Positions 9,587 to 17,222 of a stretch of 64,000 nt of DNA are shown here, piece by piece. A program made the position numbers and the translations under genes. The notes under the pieces are model-generated. The model was not told the origin of the DNA, did no database searches, and saw only the letters and a program-made list of their open reading frames with translations. The first letter of the stretch is position 1; each line of letters opens with the position of its first letter. Where the stretch lies: the NCBI GenBank assembly GCA_963809855.1, contig CAWELF010000001.1, positions 1,245,980-1,309,979 on the forward strand. Direction: 5' to 3'. This DNA comes from an uncultured Bacteroidales bacterium. GTDB lineage: Bacteria > Bacteroidota > Bacteroidia > Bacteroidales > VadinHA17.

Positions 9587-10828
9587 ATGAACGCTAACAA
9601 AAATGAGGCTACGACTTCCAATGGAGAAAGTCGCCTCGTGGGTTGCTCTTCTGATGAAGAGCCTGGCGCGAAGACCACGTTTTTTTCGCAAAACGTAATC
9701 CCAATTAAGTTAGTTAGCAATCGAAGTACGGAGTTTATGAGCCGGTACTTCCCCCTAACAACTATCGATTCCTGGAATGATTGGAAATGGCAACTCCGAA
9801 ATGCCATCACCAGTATCGACGATCTAAAGAAAATCATGAAATTATCTGACAAAGAGGTTCTGGCCATCAACAATCTGAAGGGCCGGCTTCCGCTACGGAT
9901 TACACCGTACTTTGCCTCACTGATCTACGAGAGCAAATTCTCAGATCCGTTGAGACGTAATGTAATCCCTGTGGTAGAAGAGCTGTTGCAACATACAACC
10001 GAACAGTCAGATCCCTTGCACGAGAAGTCATTTTCTCCTGTTAAAGGAATAGTACACAGATATCCCGACAGAGTTCTGTTTACAGTTACTCAAATTTGTT
10101 CAAACTATTGCAGATACTGTACACGGTCGCATTCAGTGGGAAAACTTGATAAGCTTGGAAGGCAGGACTATGAAAAGGCATTTAATTATATATCAAGTCA
10201 TAAAGAGGTACGTGACGTACTTATAAGCGGTGGTGATCCTCTGACTTTGAGCGATGATACGCTTGATTATATTCTTTCTAATATCAGAAGCATTGAGCAT
10301 GTCGAAATAATCAGAATCGGAACAAGAGTACCCGTTGTACTTCCGCAGAGAATTACTGATGGTTTGATTAACGTCCTTAAGAAATATCATCCTTTATTCA
10401 TAAGTCTGCACTTCTCTCATCCTGATGAAATAACTGATGAATGTGCGAAAGCCTGCAATAAACTGGCCGATGGAGGCTTCCCGCTGGGAAGTCAGACCGT
10501 ACTTCTGAAAGGTATAAACGATTCAGTTCCTGTTATGAAGGAACTAATGCATAGGTTGCTGAAAATAAGGGTACGACCATATTACCTTTATCAATGCGAT
10601 TTAATACCCGGATCAGGACACTTCAGAACAACTGTTAAAAAAGGTCTTGAAATAATTAAAGGTCTTAGAGGTTTTACAAGTGGTTACGCAGTACCAACCT
10701 TCGTTATTGACGCTCCCGGTGGAGGGGGAAAAATTCCGCTGCTTCCAAATTATGTTGTAGAACATAATAGTGAGCATATCGTTATGCGTAATTATAAGGG
10801 TGTGTTATGCGAATATCCTGAAAAATAA
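9587..10828 (+). CDS. kamA: KamA family radical SAM/PLP aminomutase (lysine 2,3-aminomutase-like)
   Basis: HRYPDRV, CxxxCxxC (CSNYCRYC), SGGDPL, YYLYQCD, PTFVIDAPGGGGKIP (PLP lysine). Confidence 0.9.
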   Translation: MNANKNEATTSNGESRLVGCSSDEEPGAKTTFFSQNVIPIKLVSNRSTEFMSRYFPLTTIDSWNDWKWQLRNAITSIDDLKKIMKLSDKEVLAINNLKGRLPLRITPYFASLIYESKFSDPLRRNVIPVVEELLQHTTEQSDPLHEKSFSPVKGIVHRYPDRVLFTVTQICSNYCRYCTRSHSVGKLDKLGRQDYEKAFNYISSHKEVRDVLISGGDPLTLSDDTLDYILSNIRSIEHVEIIRIGTRVPVVLPQRITDGLINVLKKYHPLFISLHFSHPDEITDECAKACNKLADGGFPLGSQTVLLKGINDSVPVMKELMHRLLKIRVRPYYLYQCDLIPGSGHFRTTVKKGLEIIKGLRGFTSGYAVPTFVIDAPGGGGKIPLLPNYVVEHNSEHIVMRNYKGVLCEYPEK

Positions 10829-10837
10829 GTCTTATAG

Positions 10838-11806
10838 ATGAAAATTGGATTGACGTTTGATCTCCGGTCATGGTACATTGAGCGTGGTTATTCCATGGAC
10901 GAAACTGCCGAATTTGATAAGCAGGAAACCGTCGACGCGCTTAGTGATTCCTTGAAACTGATGGGACACGATACTGAACCTATCGGAAATACTTTCCAGC
11001 TTATTGAGGCTCTTGCCGCAGGGAAAAGATGGGATCTTGTTTTTAATATAACTGAGGGATTGTACGGCGATGGCAGAGAATCTGTTGTCCCTGCTATCCT
11101 GGATCAATACAAAATACCTTACGTTTTCAGTGGTCCCGTGGTTATGGGATTATCTCTGAACAAACACCTTGCAAAGCTTATAGTATCTGCCTCTGGCGTA
11201 CCGGTTAGTCCGGGCTGTCTTGTCTCAGAACTAAATGAACTGAAAGGACTAAAGCTGGTATATCCGCTTTTTGTCAAACCGGTCTCAGAAGGAACCGGTA
11301 AGGGAATTACAGCAAAGAGTCTGGTCAATTCACCGCAGGAACTAAAAGCAATTGTCGATTGGATACTTACCGAATTTCACCAACCTGCTCTTGTGGAGGA
11401 ATATTTACCGGGACGTGAGTTTACCGTAGGTATAATTGGGTCTGGGGATGAGGCTATTGCAATTGGTGGAATGGAGGTAATCTGCGCTAATAATCTTCCT
11501 TATTCTGTTGAAGTTAAGGAGAATTACCTGGAGTACTGTACATATAAACCTCTTGGCGAGGAAATTGTAGATGAATGCAAATCTGTTGCTCTGAAAGCCT
11601 GGAAAGCCCTTAATGCTGTTGATGCTGGCAGAGTTGATCTGAAAGCCGACCGTAATGGAAGAATTTGCTTTATTGAAGCTAATCCTTTAGCCGGACTGAA
11701 CCCGGTTCATTCCGATCTTCCAATCTTATCCAGAATGTATGGCATTGAATATCAGACTCTGATGGAAATGATTATGAAGGCAACGTTGAAGAGGATTAAG
11801 GGCTAA
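10838..11806 (+). CDS. D-Ala-D-Ala ligase-like ATP-grasp enzyme 1
   Basis: PLFVKPVSEGTGKGI, VEEYLPGREFTV, GRVD, FIEANPLAGL; lacks the canonical Ddl N-terminal GGxSxE motif. Confidence 0.85.
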   Translation: MKIGLTFDLRSWYIERGYSMDETAEFDKQETVDALSDSLKLMGHDTEPIGNTFQLIEALAAGKRWDLVFNITEGLYGDGRESVVPAILDQYKIPYVFSGPVVMGLSLNKHLAKLIVSASGVPVSPGCLVSELNELKGLKLVYPLFVKPVSEGTGKGITAKSLVNSPQELKAIVDWILTEFHQPALVEEYLPGREFTVGIIGSGDEAIAIGGMEVICANNLPYSVEVKENYLEYCTYKPLGEEIVDECKSVALKAWKALNAVDAGRVDLKADRNGRICFIEANPLAGLNPVHSDLPILSRMYGIEYQTLMEMIMKATLKRIKG

Positions 11807-11879
11807 AGTTGAGATTGAGAAGAAGTAGAAATGCTCAAAATGTTGAATCTGTGATGCGAGATATAAAAGGGATCGGACT

Positions 11880-12845
11880 ATGAAAAGATGCTGTATTATA
11901 TATAATGAACCCATGGATGGGGCGCTTGCTGATGAACTTGATGTTCTGGATCAGGTAGGGCATATTGAACAACACCTTAAAGAGCTCGGTATAAGCGTTT
12001 GGAGAAAGGGGATCACGAACAGGTTCATGGAAGAAATAGCTGAACTTGCTGCTGAAAAACCTGATTTTGTATACAATCTTGTTGAATCAATAGATAATAA
12101 AGGAGAGATCAACTATTTTATTCCTGCATTATTGAATATGCATTCGATTCCCTACTCCGGAAATCCACTAGAAGCAATATTTTTAACTACCAACAAAACT
12201 CTTGCAAGTAAGGCAATGCGGGATGCAGGAATTAATAACCCTATTTCCTTCTACCCATCCCAATACAAACAACTTAAACCCGGTAGAAAATATATTGTAA
12301 AACCAATATGGGAAGATGGATCATTAGGTATTACCGGGGATTCTGTTTTTGAATGCAAGCCCGGCTATGAGGAAAAACTGAAAGGTCTTGATGATGCACA
12401 CTGGTTTATTGAAGATTTTATAGATGGCCGGGAGTTCAATATAAGCGTGCTGGCTGGTGCAGATGGTCCGGAAGTTTTGCCTCCGGCAGAAATTGTTTTC
12501 ACGAATTATGATGATACTAAACCCAGAATTGTTGATTTCAAAGCTAAATGGGAAATGGACAGCTTTGAATATATCAATACTGTTCGCGAATTTCCAAAAG
12601 GAAGTATCAGCAAAAAACTGGAGAAAAACTTAAAAGAGACGGCTCTCGCCTGCTGGCATTTGTTTGGATTAAAGGGCTATGCAAGGGTGGATTCAAGAAT
12701 TGACAGTGATGAAAATGTGTTCATAATTGAAGTTAATGCCAATCCCTGCATCTCTCCGGATGGCGGATTCGTTGCAGCAACAAGAGAAGCCGGGTACCCG
12801 TTTAGCGAGGTAATTCAAAGAATAATTAACGATCTAAATATCTGA
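11880..12845 (+). CDS. D-Ala-D-Ala ligase-like ATP-grasp enzyme 2
   Basis: YIVKPIWEDGSLGI, IEDFIDGREFNIS, YARVD, IIEVNANPCIS. Confidence 0.85.
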   Translation: MKRCCIIYNEPMDGALADELDVLDQVGHIEQHLKELGISVWRKGITNRFMEEIAELAAEKPDFVYNLVESIDNKGEINYFIPALLNMHSIPYSGNPLEAIFLTTNKTLASKAMRDAGINNPISFYPSQYKQLKPGRKYIVKPIWEDGSLGITGDSVFECKPGYEEKLKGLDDAHWFIEDFIDGREFNISVLAGADGPEVLPPAEIVFTNYDDTKPRIVDFKAKWEMDSFEYINTVREFPKGSISKKLEKNLKETALACWHLFGLKGYARVDSRIDSDENVFIIEVNANPCISPDGGFVAATREAGYPFSEVIQRIINDLNI

Positions 12846-12881
12846 TTAATCCTGATTTATTAGTATTAATTTCCGACCGCA

Positions 12882-13250
12882 ATGAAAGGCCTTAGTACTA
12901 TATTGCTCCTGGTGATGTCTAATGCATTTATGACTGTCGCATGGTACGGTCACCTTAAACTCAAAACAATGAGCCGTTTTGAAAACATAAGTCTCATTGT
13001 AGTTATTTTATTGAGCTGGGGAATTGCTTTTTTTGAATATTTACTTCAGGTACCGGCAAACAGGATTGGTTTCAAAGAAACAGGAGGACCTTTTTCGCTT
13101 ATAGAATTGAAAGTGATTCAGGAGGTTATATCTATTCTTGTTTTTACCTGCTTTACTCTTCTTGTCTTTAAAAATGAGCAATTCCGGCTAAATCATGTTA
13201 TTGGTTTTGCCTTTCTCATCCTGGCTGTATATTTTATTTTCAAGAAATAA
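12882..13250 (+). CDS. Small DMT-superfamily membrane protein (DUF486-like)
   Basis: SNAFMTVAWYGHLK, SWGIAFFEYLLQVPANRIG, LKVIQEVIS motifs; 4 TM. Confidence 0.85.
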   Translation: MKGLSTILLLVMSNAFMTVAWYGHLKLKTMSRFENISLIVVILLSWGIAFFEYLLQVPANRIGFKETGGPFSLIELKVIQEVISILVFTCFTLLVFKNEQFRLNHVIGFAFLILAVYFIFKK

Positions 13251-13253
13251 TTT

Positions 13254-13703
13254 TTACTTAATCAGGTTCGAATTGAAATATCGGGGGTCACCTGTTACCT
13301 CCTCTCCCAGCCAGTCAGGCCTCACAAATTCCTCATTCTCAGAGCTAAGCTCAACTTCAGCTATGACCAGTCCTTCATTTTTTTCATGAAAAACATCTAC
13401 CTCAAAAGTATGATTGCCAGAGGGAACCAGGTATCTAGTTTTTATTATCTTCCCTGGCAAACAAAGAAGCAGTAATTCCATAGCATCTTTTACGGGAATT
13501 GAAAATTCCCACTCATTCCTTGAAATTGTCTGCCCTTCAATTCGGCTTTTAATGGTGAGGAAAGCTTCCTGCCCGGTAATTCTTATTCGTATTGTTTTGT
13601 TTTTATCTACAGATATATATGCCTGAGTAATTTCTATCTCCTTTACTGACAAATGTCTGAATTCACCTCTAACAAGGAATTTGCGTTCTGTCTCAGTTGC
13701 CAT
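13254..13703 (-). CDS. CYTH domain protein (triphosphate tunnel metalloenzyme)
   Basis: ETERKFLV, RIRI, KTRY, FEVDVF, AEVEL, EVTGDPRYFN. Confidence 0.92.
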   Translation of the reverse strand: MATETERKFLVRGEFRHLSVKEIEITQAYISVDKNKTIRIRITGQEAFLTIKSRIEGQTISRNEWEFSIPVKDAMELLLLCLPGKIIKTRYLVPSGNHTFEVDVFHEKNEGLVIAEVELSSENEEFVRPDWLGEEVTGDPRYFNSNLIK

Positions 13704-13712
13704 TTTTATTTC

Positions 13713-13720
13713 AAAGATAA
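13713..13720 (-). promoter_or_regulatory. -7 box for CYTH gene
   Basis: TATCTTTG on minus strand just upstream of start codon. Confidence 0.55.
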
Positions 13721-13771
13721 TTCAAATTAATCATTGGCTACAATTCTATTGGCCCTCAACCCATTTTTAAA

Positions 13772-13912
13772 TAACTCTGTGAGCCTCTTTGCATTCTCTG
13801 TGTAACTCTGTGTTAGTTCTTCTTTTAAGTTTCACAGAGGAACCGAGTCCCGATGTTTCGGGACGAGCTCGGCGAAGCCAAATCGGAGTAGACACAGAGA
13901 ACCACAGAGTTA
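13772..13912. repeat. Nested palindromic REP/MITE-like element
   Basis: Terminal IR taactctgtg/cacagagtta, three ctctgtg and three cacagag copies, internal hairpin gtcccgatgtttcgggac. Confidence 0.7.
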
Positions 13913-13944
13913 ATTGAACTATTTCTTATCTACCTCTTTTTCAC

Positions 13945-13952
13945 TATTTTTG
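13945..13952 (+). promoter_or_regulatory. -7 box for ung
   Basis: TATTTTTG 30 nt upstream of ATG. Confidence 0.55.
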
Positions 13953-13981
13953 ACGAAACGAGCCATTAAATATTATTCCTC

Positions 13982-14647
13982 ATGGAAGTAAAGATTGAGC
14001 CATCCTGGAAGCAAAAACTGAAGGATGAATTTGAAAAAGAATATTTTATTAATCTGTCATCTTTTGTCAGGGATGAATATGCCAAACATTCGATATACCC
14101 TCCGGGAAGCCTCATTTTCAACTCGTTCAATCAATGCCCTTTTCCAAATGTGAAGGCCGTTATAATTGGTCAGGATCCCTATCATGGTCCAGGACAGGCT
14201 CATGGACTATGTTTTTCTGTAAGAGACGGAGTAGATTTTCCTCCCAGCCTGAAAAATATATTCAAGGAAATTTCACTGGATCTGGGTTTAGCAAGACCAG
14301 CTTCCGGAAACCTGGAAAGATGGGCGCAACAAGGTGTATTGCTTCTTAATGCCACTCTCACTGTTCGTGCTCATCAGGCTGGTTCTCATCAAAAAAAGGG
14401 CTGGGAACAGTTCACGGATAGTGTAATTAAAGTTCTTAATGATGAAAAGGAGAATATCGTGTTTTTCCTCTGGGGTGCTTATGCCCAGAAAAAGGGTGAA
14501 GCTATTGACAGATCAAGGCATCTTGTACTGGAATCCGTACACCCCTCTCCTCTTTCAGCCTCGCGCGGATTTTTCGGCAACAAACATTTCAGCAAATGCA
14601 ATGACTATCTAAAGCAGCATGGTGTTGAGCCCATAGATTGGCAGTAA
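13982..14647 (+). CDS. ung: Uracil-DNA glycosylase (family 1)
   Basis: GQDPYH, FPPSL, GVLLLNATLTV, HPSPLS motifs. Confidence 0.97.
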   Translation: MEVKIEPSWKQKLKDEFEKEYFINLSSFVRDEYAKHSIYPPGSLIFNSFNQCPFPNVKAVIIGQDPYHGPGQAHGLCFSVRDGVDFPPSLKNIFKEISLDLGLARPASGNLERWAQQGVLLLNATLTVRAHQAGSHQKKGWEQFTDSVIKVLNDEKENIVFFLWGAYAQKKGEAIDRSRHLVLESVHPSPLSASRGFFGNKHFSKCNDYLKQHGVEPIDWQ

Positions 14648-14659
14648 AGGCTAGATAAT

Positions 14660-14766
14660 TAGAGGCTGTAGATGCTGTAGAAGCTTTTATGGCCGTTATA
14701 GCCTTTATAGCCTTTATAGCCTCTAAAGCATATACGGCCTATAATGCCTATAATGCCTCTAAAGCC
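14660..14766. repeat. Inverted array of 9-nt repeats between convergent genes (possible bidirectional terminator)
   Basis: tagaggctg/tagatgctg/tagaagct facing tatagcctt/tatagcctt/tatagcctc. Confidence 0.6.
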
Positions 14767-15920
14767 TTCCTAATAGTTTCCTGCAATTCAGTATAGTCCT
14801 CAAAGCCCACTGATAACCTTATCATTCCGGGTTCAGGATACTTTGTTCCCCAAACAGCTTCCACAGGCATAAGTATTGTATGTGGATCGCCCAGAGTTGG
14901 AATAAGCTTTATTTTTTCCGATACCAGTTTTATAAATTTATCCCTGCGACTTCTCTTTTCATTTCCGTCCCTACCGCTAAAATCAAATGTGATCATCGCA
15001 CCGTAACCTTTACCTCCGAATAGATTTTTAGCAATGTTATGCGTGGGATGTGTTTTTAATCCAGGAAACCAGACTCTTTCTATAACAGATTCATTGTCAA
15101 GATAGTCAGCTAGTTTTGAAGCATTATCGCACTGCCGTGAGATCCTCAGCTCAAAAGACTGTATCTGTGTCTGTAATCTGTAGGCATCATCGGGAGATAA
15201 CATATGACCAACAAATTTCCGATATTCAATAGCCGATTTCATAATGTTTTCATCATTGCCGCAAATTACCCCTGCTGTCAGATTGCCATGACCACTAAAA
15301 TACTTGGTGGCGCTGTGGATTACAATGTCAACATTATCTTCCAAAGGTTTATACAACCAGGGCGTTCCAAATGTATTGTCCAGAATTATTTTCGACCCAT
15401 GCTTTTTTGCCAGGAGAGTTATCTCCTTAACATCCGATACAATAAGCATCGGGTTAGAGATCGATTCAATATAAACAAGTTCTGGCTTTAGCTTGAGAAG
15501 CACTTTTTCAAATTCGTCAAGATCATAGGTTCCGTTCTCAGCGCTAAAATAGTGAATATCAAGTCCTCTGCGGGTCTTAAGCACAGTTTCAATGAAAGAG
15601 ATTGTTCCGCCATATATCTCTGTGAAGAATAGCCATGGTCTGGTTTCTTTCCCACGTTGAAATATTGAGAGTGCCGTATCTATTGCAGACATCCCCGATT
15701 GAGTAAGCAGAGCCCATTCACTTTTTTCCAGATTCATGATCTCATTTTCTGCCGACTCTACCGTCGGATTGCGGTAACGCGAATAAATATAATTCTCCGG
15801 CTCCCTCTGATGCTCTGATTCCTTTTTAAAAGCTGCCGCAGTAGTCTCAGCGTCAAAAAGCTCAAAACCTGCATCCCTGTATACAGGCATACGGGAACTA
15901 TTAACCTCTTTCCTTTTCAT
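14748..15920 (-). CDS. PLP-dependent Cys/Met metabolism enzyme (cystathionine gamma-synthase/lyase family)
   Basis: YSRYRNPT, SGMSAI, ESISNP, LDNTF, HSATKYFSGHG (PLP lysine), MIRLSVGFED. Confidence 0.9.
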   Translation of the reverse strand: MKRKEVNSSRMPVYRDAGFELFDAETTAAAFKKESEHQREPENYIYSRYRNPTVESAENEIMNLEKSEWALLTQSGMSAIDTALSIFQRGKETRPWLFFTEIYGGTISFIETVLKTRRGLDIHYFSAENGTYDLDEFEKVLLKLKPELVYIESISNPMLIVSDVKEITLLAKKHGSKIILDNTFGTPWLYKPLEDNVDIVIHSATKYFSGHGNLTAGVICGNDENIMKSAIEYRKFVGHMLSPDDAYRLQTQIQSFELRISRQCDNASKLADYLDNESVIERVWFPGLKTHPTHNIAKNLFGGKGYGAMITFDFSGRDGNEKRSRRDKFIKLVSEKIKLIPTLGDPHTILMPVEAVWGTKYPEPGMIRLSVGFEDYTELQETIRKALEAL

Positions 15921-17220
15921 ACTTATCCTTACTAAATTTTCTGTTTATTAATTTATTGATATTAAGCGGGTTAAAGTTGGAATAAAATATTAACCTGTCA
16001 AGAAATTCTCCTGTTAAAAATAATAAAATTATTACGCCATCTGAGAATGAAGAAGCAGTAATGAGTCTCGCGCTCACCACCAGAAGTAAGGCTATTCTTA
16101 TATACCTTATAATATAATCGTTTCCTGATCTGTTGATTACAAGAGAATAAACCGACCTTGCCAGCTTCAGCGAAGCTATAAACAGAAACGGCAAGAGAGC
16201 GCCTGCAAGCATAGATATGATAAACAACCCGCTCAAAAATGTTTGTCCGCTGTGAAAAAACAATGATGATCTTTTATCTGCAAAGATATATACACTGTCA
16301 ATCGCGATTAACAGTATAAGGCCGGATATACAAGATGCAACTAACAAGCCCGGAGATATTGAATATAAGGCAATTACCGAAAATACTGAATAAAGAATGA
16401 ATAATACAATCTCCCGGCTCAGTGGTGATCTTTTCCAATTCACAACTGCTCTCCAGGCTCTGTTCTTCTTTCCCAGATGAAACAGAGATACTATTCCGGA
16501 GACCAAAATCATTGAAAGAAAAAGCAATCTGTTCGGTATTGTTCCCCTGATGAATGATGAAATAAAAATGGCAACAGATAAGGTAGTTATAAAACTGAAT
16601 AGTAACAGGCTCCATTCTGTCCTGCTTCCATTCTGCTTTTCAATTCCGTCCCGGGGAGCACTATTCACATTTAACTTCTCAGGAATTATTCTTAAAGAAA
16701 GGTTATCGTTTGTTCCCGTAAAATTAATTGCCGGATTAAGTTTTTTATCAGGAAACCAGGAGTATGCTTTTCCTGTTTCCGCCTCCGTAATCTCGCCAAA
16801 AGAGAGTGCACCTGTCGGACACGCAGTGGAACATGAGGGTAAATGCCCATCTTTCAATCTGTTATTACAAAGGTTGCACTTACCAATTATTCTTTTTCCT
16901 GTATCAAATTTCGGTGCATCGTATGGGCAATTCCATTGGCAATATTTACATCCGATACATTTAAAATCATCAACAAGAATGGCTCCGGTAACAGCGTCCG
17001 CTGAGTAGGTTGATGACGGGCATCCTTCCAGGCAAACAGGTGATTCACAATGATTACATGAGAGCGACAGGTCGATTACCGGGAGTCCGGGATATACCTC
17101 CTTATTATAAGTAAGTATTTCTCTGGCATGGAAGGTCCAGCCATTCTCAAGAATACAAGCAGCACTGCAGGTATTGCATGCCACGCATCGGTTGTGATTA
17201 AATATGAAACCCTTACTCAT
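15901..17220 (-). CDS. Fused DmsB-like 4Fe-4S subunit + DmsC-like membrane anchor
   Basis: CVACNTCSAAC, CNHCESPVCLEGCP, CIGCKYCQWNCPY, KCNLC..CSTACP; then EWSLLLF, SLFHLG, SPLSREI and TM helices. Confidence 0.88.
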   Translation of the reverse strand: MSKGFIFNHNRCVACNTCSAACILENGWTFHAREILTYNKEVYPGLPVIDLSLSCNHCESPVCLEGCPSSTYSADAVTGAILVDDFKCIGCKYCQWNCPYDAPKFDTGKRIIGKCNLCNNRLKDGHLPSCSTACPTGALSFGEITEAETGKAYSWFPDKKLNPAINFTGTNDNLSLRIIPEKLNVNSAPRDGIEKQNGSRTEWSLLLFSFITTLSVAIFISSFIRGTIPNRLLFLSMILVSGIVSLFHLGKKNRAWRAVVNWKRSPLSREIVLFILYSVFSVIALYSISPGLLVASCISGLILLIAIDSVYIFADKRSSLFFHSGQTFLSGLFIISMLAGALLPFLFIASLKLARSVYSLVINRSGNDYIIRYIRIALLLVVSARLITASSFSDGVIILLFLTGEFLDRLIFYSNFNPLNINKLINRKFSKDKYEKERG

Positions 17221-17222
17221 GG

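Noticed and set aside
9587-10828. EpmB (EF-P modification) or AblA (acetyl-beta-lysine) assignment
   Set aside because: No efp/epmA or GNAT acetyltransferase adjacent; the neighbours are ATP-grasp ligases
10838-12845. Housekeeping ddl, vancomycin-resistance ligases, or graspetide synthetases for the 63277 peptide
   Set aside because: They lack the Ddl N-terminal motif and van/mur context; they are Ddl-like rather than RimK/MvdD-like and lie 50 kb from the peptide
13772-14766. CRISPR array among the short repeats
   Set aside because: No constant repeat with unique, equal-length spacers here or elsewhere in the window
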